A DNA stretch of 64,000 nucleotides from NCBI GenBank assembly GCA_013334575.1, contig JAAXXG010000005.1, positions 3,080 to 67,079 on the forward strand, read 5' to 3'. Position numbers and translations under genes: made by a program. Origin of the DNA: Candidatus Moraniibacteriota bacterium (GTDB taxonomy: Bacteria > Patescibacteriota > Minisyncoccia > Moranbacterales > UBA1568). Numbering within the stretch: the first letter of the stretch is position 1; each line of letters begins with the position of its first letter. Positions 40,227 through 49,609 of this stretch are shown here, piece after piece. The notes beneath the pieces were generated by a model, which worked only from the letters and a program-made list of their open reading frames with translations, did not search any database and was not told the origin of the DNA.

Positions 40227-40700
40227 CTATTCCTCCTTCCCGGCTTCCGACACGACCTCGGCTTCCGCACCTTCCTGGCTCGCCACATCCTCGGCGACCT
40301 CCGGTTCCATCTCTTCCTGGGACTTCACGCCTCCCTTGCCGACCTTGAGCGCTACCTCCTTCAGTTTGCGGCGGAGGAGCTTCGCGGACTTCTCGCGGAC
40401 ATAGTAGAGCTTCGCGCGGCGCGAACGGGTGCTCTTCACGACCTCGATCTTCTCGATATTGGGGGAATAGAGCGGGAAAACGATCTCGACCCCGGTCCCG
40501 AACGAAACCTTCCGGACCGTCACGGTCGGCGACGAGCTCTGCCCACCGCGCATCGCGATGACCATACCCTGGAAGACCTGGGTACGCTCCTTTCCGCCCT
40601 CGACGATACGGCGATAGACCTTCACGACGTCCCCGGAATGAAGCTCCGGAACGTCCTTGGTGCGGCGAGCCGCGTTGAATGCGATGAGATCCTTGTGCAT
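40227..40700 (-). CDS. rplS: 50S ribosomal protein L19 with acidic C-terminal tail
   Basis: GDVVKV..RIVEGGKERTQVFQG, TVRKVSFGTGVE, RRAKLYYVR. Confidence 0.97.
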   Translation of the reverse strand: MHKDLIAFNAARRTKDVPELHSGDVVKVYRRIVEGGKERTQVFQGMVIAMRGGQSSSPTVTVRKVSFGTGVEIVFPLYSPNIEKIEVVKSTRSRRAKLYYVREKSAKLLRRKLKEVALKVGKGGVKSQEEMEPEVAEDVASQEGAEAEVVSEAGKEE

Positions 40701-40764
40701 ACGGTTATGTCCTCATTCCAAGCGGTTTCCGTCTCGGAAATACGGTATGATAGAAAAAAGCGAA

Positions 40765-41766
40765 TCAGGCCCCGCCATGCCGATTCGAAGCCTCATCAGG
40801 ATAGCCCGCTTCTTCCGCGCCGTCAAGAGCTCCGAGAAATTCCCGGAAGTCCGGGGGAAGCGGCGCCTCGAAGACGAGATCGCGCCCTTCGAAAGGGAAC
40901 GAGAGCCGAAACGCGTGCAGCAACTGCCTATCTGGCATGCCTTCGCGACGCATCTGACGACCGCCGTAGAGCCGGTCTCCCATGACCGGGTTCCCGATCG
41001 CGGCGAGATGGATCCGGATCTGATGAGTCCTTCCGGTCTTCGGGAAGATTTCCAACAGGTCGGCATCGCAATACCTGCCGATAACGCGGTACTCCGTCAC
41101 CGCATCGCGGACCTTGCCGGAAATCTCGGACGGATCCTTCACGACCTGTCGCCTCAGCGTTCCGGTCCGCGCAGCCAACGGCAGATCGATGACGCCCGAC
41201 TCCTCGCGCACGCGTCCGCTTACGAGAGCCAGATATGTCTTCCGGATTACACGGGAACCGAACAAGTCTCGCAGACGTTCGTACGCGGAAACCGTCTTCG
41301 CCAATACCACGACACCGCTCGTATTCCGGTCGAGCCGATGAACGATTCCGGGCCGCAGCGGATGAGAGCCGACCTCGCGCATGGACGGGTATTCCGCGGC
41401 AATGCGGTTCGCGACGGTTCCGGTCGTGTCGGTGCCTCCGGGATGCATCTGCACTCCGGCCGGTTTGTCGATGACAAGCAGGTCCCTATCCTCATACAGG
41501 ATATCGAACGGAACGTCCGGATTCGGCGTAAGCGTCTCCTCGACCCGCTCCGGAAGCCTCGATTCGACCCGGTCACCCATCCGGACGCGCTTCCGCGGCT
41601 CGGCTACCGGTTTACCGTTTACCGATACCAGACCCGACTCGATACCCTCACGAACCTCCCTGCGCGAGCGACCGCACGAACGCGACCCATCCGAGAGAAA
41701 GGCGTCGAGGCGCTTTCCGGAATCACGCTCCGGCACGACGAACGTTTCGCAAATCATCGGGTCCAT
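40765..41766 (-). CDS. RluA/RluD-family pseudouridine synthase
   Basis: S4 domain, DKPAG, HRLDRNTSG, TGRTHQIR, GDRLYG. Confidence 0.95.
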   Translation of the reverse strand: MDPMICETFVVPERDSGKRLDAFLSDGSRSCGRSRREVREGIESGLVSVNGKPVAEPRKRVRMGDRVESRLPERVEETLTPNPDVPFDILYEDRDLLVIDKPAGVQMHPGGTDTTGTVANRIAAEYPSMREVGSHPLRPGIVHRLDRNTSGVVVLAKTVSAYERLRDLFGSRVIRKTYLALVSGRVREESGVIDLPLAARTGTLRRQVVKDPSEISGKVRDAVTEYRVIGRYCDADLLEIFPKTGRTHQIRIHLAAIGNPVMGDRLYGGRQMRREGMPDRQLLHAFRLSFPFEGRDLVFEAPLPPDFREFLGALDGAEEAGYPDEASNRHGGA

Positions 41767-41986
41767 ACGGTCACGACATACATCGAAATCGGATTCTACG
41801 ACGGGTTCCGGCTTATGGCAAGGAAAATTTAACCCTGGTAAGTTTGAGCATCATGAGGACGCACCTGAAGGAAGTGACATCGGAATGTCCCCGACGAACA
41901 TCGACTCTCCGCACATACGCCTGCCTCTTTGACACCCATTGTACTGCCGAACTATCATGAAGCCGTAATCGGTATCACGCAATACT

Positions 41987-42616
41987 ATGTCTTGCGAACA
42001 GTGCGCCTGCGGTTCCGAATGCTGCGAATCCGAATGGGACGAAACCTTCGTCGGTCCCGTCATCGGAGAGGAAATCCCCGATTTCGAAGGGGAGATCTTC
42101 CATCAGGAAGCGTTCCGGAAGGTGAGGCTCTCGGACTATCGGGGGACGTGGCTCATTCTCTTCTTCTATCCGGCGGATTTCACGTTCGTCTGCCCGACGG
42201 AACTCGAGGACCTCGCCGAAAACTATGCGAAGTTCCGGGAGCTCGGCGCGGAGATCCTCTCCGTCAGCACCGATACGGTCTTCGTCCATAAGGCGTGGCA
42301 CGATCATTCCGAAGCCATCAGGAAGGTGGACTATCCCATGTTCGCCGATCCGACCGGCATGCTTACCAGGATGCTCGGCGTATATATCCCCGACGAGGGA
42401 GTCGCCCTGCGCGGAACCTTTATCGTGGATCCGGACGGCATCCTTCAGTCGTTCGAGGTGAATGCCAATACTATCGGGCGAAGTTCCGACGAGCTCCTGC
42501 GAAAGCTGCAAGCGGCGCAGTTCGTCCGGGAACACGGCGGGGAAGTCTGCCCGGCCAAGTGGAAACCGGGTGCCAAGACGCTCAAGCCGGGAATCGACCT
42601 CGTCGGGAAGATCTGA
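41987..42616 (+). CDS. ahpC: 2-Cys peroxiredoxin
   Basis: FYPADFTFVCPTE, GEVCPAKW. Confidence 0.96.
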   Translation: MSCEQCACGSECCESEWDETFVGPVIGEEIPDFEGEIFHQEAFRKVRLSDYRGTWLILFFYPADFTFVCPTELEDLAENYAKFRELGAEILSVSTDTVFVHKAWHDHSEAIRKVDYPMFADPTGMLTRMLGVYIPDEGVALRGTFIVDPDGILQSFEVNANTIGRSSDELLRKLQAAQFVREHGGEVCPAKWKPGAKTLKPGIDLVGKI

Positions 42617-42635
42617 TCTAAATACGAAAACCGAT

Positions 42636-43211
42636 ATGTACGAGCCACAAGACTTCTCACGGCTTCTCGGGGCGTCTGGATTCTCGGACACTCTTCTTTC
42701 GGACCACTTCAAACTCTACGAGGGGTACGTGAAGAACGTGAATACGGTCGTAGAGCGATTAAAGACGATCGAGCCCGGCTCGATCGAGGGTTCGGAGCTC
42801 CGACGTCGCTTCGGCTGGGAATGGAACGGCATGAGACTTCATGAGCTCTACTTCGGAAACCTCACGTCCGCACCCGAACCGCTCGATCCGGAATCCGGAC
42901 TTGCGAAAGCGATCGTAGGACGGTTCGGGAGTCTCGACGGGTTTTTGCAGGATTTCCGGAGAGCCGGCACCATGCGCGGCATCGGCTGGGTCGTTCTCGC
43001 ATACGACCTGCCGTCGGGAGAACTCTTCAACCTCTGGATCAACGAGCACGACGGAGGACACCTCTCCGGCACGACACCGCTTCTCGTCATGGACGTCTTC
43101 GAACACGCATACCTGAGGGATTACGGCCTGGCGCGGGCCGATTACGTCGACGCGTTCATGAACGCCGTTGATTGGCATACCGTGCTATCGAGGTATTCCC
43201 ACGCATCGTGA
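42636..43211 (+). CDS. Fe/Mn superoxide dismutase family protein
   Basis: HFKLYEGY, LHELYF, GIGWVVL, DVFEHAY ligand motifs. Confidence 0.92.
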   Translation: MYEPQDFSRLLGASGFSDTLLSDHFKLYEGYVKNVNTVVERLKTIEPGSIEGSELRRRFGWEWNGMRLHELYFGNLTSAPEPLDPESGLAKAIVGRFGSLDGFLQDFRRAGTMRGIGWVVLAYDLPSGELFNLWINEHDGGHLSGTTPLLVMDVFEHAYLRDYGLARADYVDAFMNAVDWHTVLSRYSHAS

Positions 43212-43220
43212 CCCGCACCG

Positions 43221-43246
43221 AAACCCCGGCCCAGCCGGGGTTTTTT
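43221..43246 (+). terminator. Terminator after ahpC-sod
   Basis: AAACCCCGGC-CCA-GCCGGGGTTTTTT. Confidence 0.8.
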
Positions 43247-43292
43247 GAGGATGCGGAAGATGGTATACTGAAAACGAACATAAAACCGTCGT

Positions 43293-44261
43293 ATGACAAT
43301 CTTCCATAAAACCGTTTCCCGACTCCTCATCGCGTTCCTTGTCGTTTTTATGCTCGCCTCGGTCCGTCCGGCGTTCGCTGCCGACGGATTCACGTACGAG
43401 CCGCTTGAACCGATTCCAGGAGCGGAAGACGCCGCGAAGCTTCCCGACTACATCACCGGTATCTACAAATTCGCCCTGTGGGCCGTCGGTATCGCTGCCA
43501 TGTTCATGATCACGATCGGCGGAGGCATGTATCTTACGAGCGCCGGAAACACTTCCGCGATGGGAAACGCGAAAGGCGTCATTACCGACGCGATCATCGG
43601 GCTCGTACTCGCGCTCTTCGCGTGGTTTCTGCTCAATCTCATCAATCCAAGCATCCTCAGCGGCGACCTTTCCGTCTTCAGCACGGTCGGAGTCGCTTCA
43701 TCCGGCAGTCAGGCAGCAGGCGGAACGACGTCAGGAGCAACGGGCACTTCAGGTCAGGGCGCCGTCAGTACCGTCAATCAAGCCTCGACTCTTTCCGCAG
43801 CCGCGGCCGCAAAGGCGCTTCTTGCGAGCTCCAACGTGACCATCAGTTCTTCCGGCGACTGTAAATCCGCTTCCGGCGCCGTATCACCTTCTTCGAATCT
43901 CACGGAGATGTCCTCCGGAAAGGCGATGACCACCTGTCATGACGGTTGTAAATCCGGCAGCCTCTGCACCGGATCGAGCTATGCGAACGCCACGCTTCTC
44001 AATGCTCTTTTCACCGCTTCAAACTCCGCATCCCTTACGATAAACAGCCTTGCGGGAGGCGATCATTCTGCGGGCTCCGCCCATTATTCCGGGAACGCCG
44101 CCGACATCGATCTTCCGAATGCCGCCCTTACCTCCTATCTCCAGAAGAGCAGCTCGACGACCTGCACCTATAAGGGTGGCGCACAGTATCGCGTGAACGG
44201 CGTCTACTGGTGGTACGAAGACTCGTCGCATATCCACGTACAGATGACCCCTCTCTGCTAA
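43293..44261 (+). CDS. CPR-type pilin (TrbC/VirB2-like) fused to an M15/LAS-type peptidase-like domain
   Basis: Signal peptide; YITGIYKFALWAVGIAAMFMITIGGGMYLTSAGN...AK..I..AIIGLVL...INP pilin pattern; C-terminal SAHYSGNAAD (H-x6-D) and HIH. Confidence 0.75.
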   Translation: MTIFHKTVSRLLIAFLVVFMLASVRPAFAADGFTYEPLEPIPGAEDAAKLPDYITGIYKFALWAVGIAAMFMITIGGGMYLTSAGNTSAMGNAKGVITDAIIGLVLALFAWFLLNLINPSILSGDLSVFSTVGVASSGSQAAGGTTSGATGTSGQGAVSTVNQASTLSAAAAAKALLASSNVTISSSGDCKSASGAVSPSSNLTEMSSGKAMTTCHDGCKSGSLCTGSSYANATLLNALFTASNSASLTINSLAGGDHSAGSAHYSGNAADIDLPNAALTSYLQKSSSTTCTYKGGAQYRVNGVYWWYEDSSHIHVQMTPLC

Positions 44262-44283
44262 CCGATTCCCAGGCTTCCATCCC

Positions 44284-45435
44284 ATGAAAAAGGTCTTTAC
44301 CGTTTCCATCGCGCTGTTTGCAGTCACGCTTTTGTTCGTAGGGGCGTATTACCTTATCTTCCGGAAGACGGGGAATACCGCAATCGTAGACGCGACGAAA
44401 CACGAAGAGTCGAGACAGGAAACGGAACAGGCATTCCTCGAGGGAGCGACCGAATCAGACATCGTTGCCGTGACGGATTTTGCCGTCATAGGTGCCACCG
44501 ACCTGGACGAATCGCATCTCGCCTATTTCCACGGCCGGAATCTGAAGCGATCGACTCTTGGAGGCGGCGCCGAGGAGATCCTCATTGATAATCTTCCCGG
44601 AACGGCAGCCGACGCTTCGTGGTCACCGGACCGAAGCAAGGTTCTCGTCCTCCTTGGTACGGAATCCGGCGATCGCTGGCATCTCGTCACGCTTTCCGAT
44701 CGGAAGGTGACACCGCTCCGAAACGGGATATCCTCTCCGAAATGGTCGAATCTCTCCGAGAGGATCTACTATTCCTACACTGATCCGGGAACCGGAAAAG
44801 CGGAACTCGACTCGGCAAAGCCCGACGGGACCGACTGGAAAAAGATCTCGAGTCTCACGTCTCCGACGAGCTTCCTTCAGACGATACCCTCTTCGGCAAC
44901 CCTTTCGTTCTGGAGCCGACCGTCCGCCTTCGAGGAGACGTCTATGTCCATCGTCCCCGCGACCGGAGGCGAGCCTAGGCGGATATTCTCTGGAAAGTTC
45001 GGTGCGGACTACCTTTGGTCTCCGGACGGCTCGAAGGTTCTTATCAGCAATACCGTGACGAAGGGGGGGGCCGATGTCCGGCTCGGGATAGCGAACCGTG
45101 ACGGTGGCGAGTTTCGCACACTCCTTGTGCCGACCATCGTTTCAAAAGCCGTTTGGTCCAAGGATGGAAAGACTGTTTATTATGCACTTCCTCTTTCCAT
45201 TCCGGAAAATTCCGTCCTTCCGAACGACTATTACAACCGACCCATCCATACGCAGGACTCCTTCTGGAAAATCGATACGTCTACAGGTAAAAGCGAACGC
45301 ATCATAGATCCCGAGGCGATCGGAGGAACATACGACAGCATCGATCCGTTCATGGATCAGAGCCAGAGCTATCTTTTTTTCACGGACCGGACGAGCGGCA
45401 AACTCTTCCGCATAAGACTGAACGCATCCTCCTGA
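44284..45435 (+). CDS. Membrane-anchored TolB-like beta-propeller protein
   Basis: N-terminal TM; WSPDRSK, WSPDGSK, WSKDGK repeats. Confidence 0.8.
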   Translation: MKKVFTVSIALFAVTLLFVGAYYLIFRKTGNTAIVDATKHEESRQETEQAFLEGATESDIVAVTDFAVIGATDLDESHLAYFHGRNLKRSTLGGGAEEILIDNLPGTAADASWSPDRSKVLVLLGTESGDRWHLVTLSDRKVTPLRNGISSPKWSNLSERIYYSYTDPGTGKAELDSAKPDGTDWKKISSLTSPTSFLQTIPSSATLSFWSRPSAFEETSMSIVPATGGEPRRIFSGKFGADYLWSPDGSKVLISNTVTKGGADVRLGIANRDGGEFRTLLVPTIVSKAVWSKDGKTVYYALPLSIPENSVLPNDYYNRPIHTQDSFWKIDTSTGKSERIIDPEAIGGTYDSIDPFMDQSQSYLFFTDRTSGKLFRIRLNASS

Positions 45436-46646
45436 CCCGTATCCCGAGGATTCCACATGCTTCCCGCGGCGGCTATCATGCCCAGTAGAGCGAAATATCC
45501 CATTGAAAGATCGTTTCGTAACAGCGGAGTATCAACCGATCCGTGGACGACAAAAGCGACAAGAACAGCAAGATACAACGCCCCCTCGCGCATGAGCATG
45601 GGGGCGTTTTCGCGGCAAAGGATGCGGAACGATACCCGGAACGCTCCTACCGTGAGTACGGCGAAGCCGGAAAGCCCGAGTAATCCGGTTCCAAGCCAAA
45701 CCGAAAGGACGACGTTGTTCGGATGAGGAACGGCCCACTCGAGATATCTGGGAAATAACGGCTGCAGTGCGAGGTATTCGGCCTCGAAATTCCGAAGGCC
45801 GATACCGGTGATCGGATGTTCGACGATCATTCTCCCTGCCGCGTTCCAGATCATCACCCGCGAAGCGACCGAGTTCCTGACCTCGCCGCTTCCCAGTCTC
45901 GTGACCGTCCCATTCATAAACAGGAACGTCGCGCCAAAAACCAAAACGGCGATGATGGCGGATGCGATGACAAGTCGTCGGGGTTTCGAAGCCGACAGGA
46001 GCCAAAGGAATCCGAATCCGGCCAGTATCGCGACATACGCACCTTCGGAGCCGGTCCGAAGGACGGCAACGGAAATAAGAATCGTTCCGGCCGCGGCAAG
46101 CAATCCATTACGCCTCAGGGAAGCGGTCGCGGCGAGGTATGTTCCGAAAAATATTCCGGCCTCAAGAAACATAGCCAGATGGTTCGGCGACGGATAGAAC
46201 GATGATAGCCTTCCATCATAAGTCATCGACGAAAATCGCCCCCCGAAAAAGGATACGGCACTGACCACGACTATCCCGAAAAACCACCACGTGATCATTC
46301 GATGCCGGACAACCCTGTCGACTGCTGTCGAGCTAAGAAGAAAGCCGAGACCCAGTGGGAAGACGATCCAGCTCTTCACCGCGCCAAGCGCCTCGCGATC
46401 CGCTCCGCCGACATATGCGGTAAGGATCGCCCCGACCATCAGAAGCAGTATCCCGGAGACAAGCCAAAACGGGGTATGAAATCGTCGTGTGGAGCCGTTA
46501 CGAAATCCGAACAGAAACACGATACCAGACAAGAAAACGAGCGCTTCCGGAACGTATATCGGGATATCGGCGATCGTAAACCGGACCTGAGCGAGCGGTA
46601 AGGAAAGGAAGACGAGCCGGAGAAGGATTTCGAGTAAGAGACTCAT
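45369..46646 (-). CDS. O-antigen ligase/Wzy-like membrane protein
   Basis: Multi-TM; SPNHLA, R..IW..A..MI..HPITGIG, HPNN. Confidence 0.88.
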   Translation of the reverse strand: MSLLLEILLRLVFLSLPLAQVRFTIADIPIYVPEALVFLSGIVFLFGFRNGSTRRFHTPFWLVSGILLLMVGAILTAYVGGADREALGAVKSWIVFPLGLGFLLSSTAVDRVVRHRMITWWFFGIVVVSAVSFFGGRFSSMTYDGRLSSFYPSPNHLAMFLEAGIFFGTYLAATASLRRNGLLAAAGTILISVAVLRTGSEGAYVAILAGFGFLWLLSASKPRRLVIASAIIAVLVFGATFLFMNGTVTRLGSGEVRNSVASRVMIWNAAGRMIVEHPITGIGLRNFEAEYLALQPLFPRYLEWAVPHPNNVVLSVWLGTGLLGLSGFAVLTVGAFRVSFRILCRENAPMLMREGALYLAVLVAFVVHGSVDTPLLRNDLSMGYFALLGMIAAAGSMWNPRDTGQEDAFSLMRKSLPLVRSVKKR

Positions 46647-47938
46647 ATGATACCGGGGTGTTTTTCTCGCTGACCGACTTCCTGCCGATCCGCCATCGAA
46701 AGTAACAGGAGTAGAACCGGAAGGATGTGCACCGAATACAGCGGCATTTCGAAAAGAGCGTGACCCGAAAAGACGGCCAGAGATACCGAGATCGCGAACA
46801 TTGGACCGCTCGCGGATCTCTTCGTCTCCCGTATCGCGGAGAAAATCGCAAGAAGGAAGACGGATGCTCCGAGAATTCCGGACTCCGTCGCGATATCAAG
46901 CGGAAGATCATGGACATAGATCGGCTCACGGTATTCCGCCGTCGGTTTGACGACGAGAGGATAATTTCCAGGCCCGTACCCGAACGGATTCCGTCGGATA
47001 TGACCGAGAGATTCCGCATAGAGACTCATCCTCGCATTGTTCGAACCGTCCGAAGAAGAGAAAGCGGATACGAAACGATCACGGACCTGCGGCAGAAGGA
47101 AAAGAACGGACACGAAGACCGTCGCGAAGGAAAAAAGGATGAGTACCGTCTTCGGTCGGAATCGGACCGATCCGATCCTTGTCGAAAGGAAAACACCCGA
47201 TCCGACGACAAGCCCGATATACCCCCCTCGCGAGAAGGTCAGCAGGTCCGCAATCAGTAACATTCCCGAAAAAACCGCATACATCACCTTCCGGGCGAGG
47301 CGTCGCTCCGAGAACGCATACGAACAGGAAAGCGGGAGCGCCATGCCGAAATAGAACGCGGCGATATGAGGATCCGGAAAGAACGCACTCGCACGAAGTA
47401 CGGTCGAACCTCCGATATTGGCTAAAAGACTGGGATACCTGGCAACCGCATCGGAAAACGACGGCCCAAGGAAGACGGGAAGTACGGCTCCGGTCCAGAA
47501 GTCGAACAAACGGCTCACCCCGAAGATATACTGAGAACACCACTCCGCTATCGCGACGAATGCCGCGACGGCGGCACCGACAACGAATGGACGTACGAGA
47601 CGATCGCCGGAGACCCCCTCCTGACGCAATCCCGAAAAGAGAGGAAAGAGAGGGAAAAACGACAGTAAAAACAGGACCCGTCGAACCGCCCACACCGTAT
47701 TTTCCGCCCAGAGAACCGAAAGAAAAGTAATCGAAAGGTATATCGCCAAAAATATCGCGATCCGCGACCATGGGATATGAAGACGTCGCCGAATAAGGCT
47801 TACCGAAAGGAAAAGCAGAAAGAGTATCGGAGCAAACGCTCTCGAAAAAGGAAGATCGACACCAGGGTACGGAGAAAGCGCGACCTGGAAAGGCAGGAGA
47901 ACGAGAAAGGACTGTGTCAGAAAGAGAAGAACGTTCAT
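46643..47938 (-). CDS. O-antigen ligase/Wzy-like membrane protein
   Basis: Multi-TM; FPDPH, TFSRGGY, PFGYGPGNY, VHD..L.IATESGILG. Confidence 0.88.
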   Translation of the reverse strand: MNVLLFLTQSFLVLLPFQVALSPYPGVDLPFSRAFAPILFLLFLSVSLIRRRLHIPWSRIAIFLAIYLSITFLSVLWAENTVWAVRRVLFLLSFFPLFPLFSGLRQEGVSGDRLVRPFVVGAAVAAFVAIAEWCSQYIFGVSRLFDFWTGAVLPVFLGPSFSDAVARYPSLLANIGGSTVLRASAFFPDPHIAAFYFGMALPLSCSYAFSERRLARKVMYAVFSGMLLIADLLTFSRGGYIGLVVGSGVFLSTRIGSVRFRPKTVLILFSFATVFVSVLFLLPQVRDRFVSAFSSSDGSNNARMSLYAESLGHIRRNPFGYGPGNYPLVVKPTAEYREPIYVHDLPLDIATESGILGASVFLLAIFSAIRETKRSASGPMFAISVSLAVFSGHALFEMPLYSVHILPVLLLLLSMADRQEVGQREKHPGII

Positions 47939-48744
47939 ACCATCATAATTCGCGATCGCAACCGTCGCAGCAAGGCTGCCTCCCATCCCGGCCTATGCTT
48001 GTTGAAATATCTGTCCTGAGCTCCGTAATAAGCGCTTTTCTGTTCCTCGTGAGACCGGAAGCTCGCTCCTCCGCGATGAAGAAAAGAGATTCCTGGATGA
48101 AATACGGTCCTATATCCGCGCTTCCGGGAACGGATACAGAAATCCATATCCTCGAAATACAGGAAGAATCCCTCATCAAAACCGCCGAGATCTCGGAAGA
48201 GTGCGCTCCGAACGAACAGAGCGCCACCGCTCACCCAACCGACGGACACGGCATAATCGTACTCCCAGTACTTCCGAAGGAAGGAAGGTTTCAGCTTTCC
48301 AATGAGAATTCTCAAGAGATTCGCCGGATATCCGACACTCCACGGCTCGGGATTTCCGAAACCATCTACCAGACGGGCGCCGAGAACGCCTACTTCCGGA
48401 TGCGACCGAAAGAAGCGCGCCGGTAAATCGAACGAACCGTGAAGATGTTCAGTATCTGGATTCAGGAACAATAGGAATTCGCCAGAGGCCTGACCCGCTG
48501 CACGGTTCGCGGCCGCGCCGAATCCGAGATTCTCCGTAGCTACGATAACCGAGACGGGGAAGATGCCGGATAAGGCCTCCAGTCGTTCCCTCTCTTCCGG
48601 ATCGTTTCCTACGATAATCACTTCGATCGAACCCTCGGAAGCCTGCAGGGTCGAACAAAGAGACCGGAGCGACCTCTCAAGAAGTCCGGCACTCCGGTAA
48701 CTTACGAATATGACCGACAATTCAGGCTGTCCGGGAGTCGGCAT
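47935..48744 (-). CDS. GT2 glycosyltransferase
   Basis: NLGFGAAAN, LNPD, GGFDEGFFLYFEDMDFC. Confidence 0.92.
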   Translation of the reverse strand: MPTPGQPELSVIFVSYRSAGLLERSLRSLCSTLQASEGSIEVIIVGNDPEERERLEALSGIFPVSVIVATENLGFGAAANRAAGQASGEFLLFLNPDTEHLHGSFDLPARFFRSHPEVGVLGARLVDGFGNPEPWSVGYPANLLRILIGKLKPSFLRKYWEYDYAVSVGWVSGGALFVRSALFRDLGGFDEGFFLYFEDMDFCIRSRKRGYRTVFHPGISFLHRGGASFRSHEEQKSAYYGAQDRYFNKHRPGWEAALLRRLRSRIMMV

Positions 48745-49585
48745 AAGCGGAGGAAACGGGAAGAGCCTCCTTCTTTCCCCGCGATACATCGATAGCGTTC
48801 TTCACCTTCCGAAGCCGAAGGTATGCCCATACCCACGGTCGGAAGTACCACGGCGTATGCCTCACAAAAAAACGCACACCGGAACGGACCAGCCAGTATG
48901 TCTTCTCCGGATTGGATACGCTCTGTTCTTCATGGACGACTTCGGCTTCCGGAACGACCAGTAACCGGTATCCTTTCCGTTTTGCGCGTACCGAATAATC
49001 GGCATCCTCATAATACAGGAAATAGCCCTCATCCAGCAGACCGACCCGTTCAATCGCAGACTTCGGCAATAACAGGGCACACCCCGAAAGATATCCGGTC
49101 CGATATGGCTCTTTTCCGTGCTTTTTTCTCTGCTCGACATGGACAGTCCGCATCCGGAGAAAATCGATCTTCCCGCCGGAAAACCATGTCTTTCCGTCTT
49201 TTTTTCGGATGATCGGACTCAGAAGAGAACGGCTTCCACCGGAAACAGCCACGGAGACCAGCCTTGAAAGCGTACTTCGATGACAGACGGCATCGTTATT
49301 GAGAAGGAAAAGGTATGCCGCACCGCGCGAAAGGGCGAACCGAATACCGACATTCATACCGGCCGCGAATCCGACATTATCCGGATTCAGGATGAAATGA
49401 GCTTTTGGGAAAAGCCTCTTTGCTTCCTCGATCGATCCGTCTTTCGAGGCATTATCAACGACAACGACCTCGAAATTATCGTATGAAAGCGAAAAAACCG
49501 AACGGAGAGCGGCTACTAACCGCGTCCGGCCGTCGAAATTGAGGATAATGACGAATACCTTCGGAGATGACCCCATGCCCTCCAT
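48722..49585 (-). CDS. GT2 glycosyltransferase
   Basis: VVDNASKD, NVGFAAGMN, LNND, YFLYYEDAD. Confidence 0.93.
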   Translation of the reverse strand: MEGMGSSPKVFVIILNFDGRTRLVAALRSVFSLSYDNFEVVVVDNASKDGSIEEAKRLFPKAHFILNPDNVGFAAGMNVGIRFALSRGAAYLFLLNNDAVCHRSTLSRLVSVAVSGGSRSLLSPIIRKKDGKTWFSGGKIDFLRMRTVHVEQRKKHGKEPYRTGYLSGCALLLPKSAIERVGLLDEGYFLYYEDADYSVRAKRKGYRLLVVPEAEVVHEEQSVSNPEKTYWLVRSGVRFFVRHTPWYFRPWVWAYLRLRKVKNAIDVSRGKKEALPVSSAYADSRTA

Positions 49586-49609
49586 GATATCATCCGGAAC
49601 GGATGTTTT

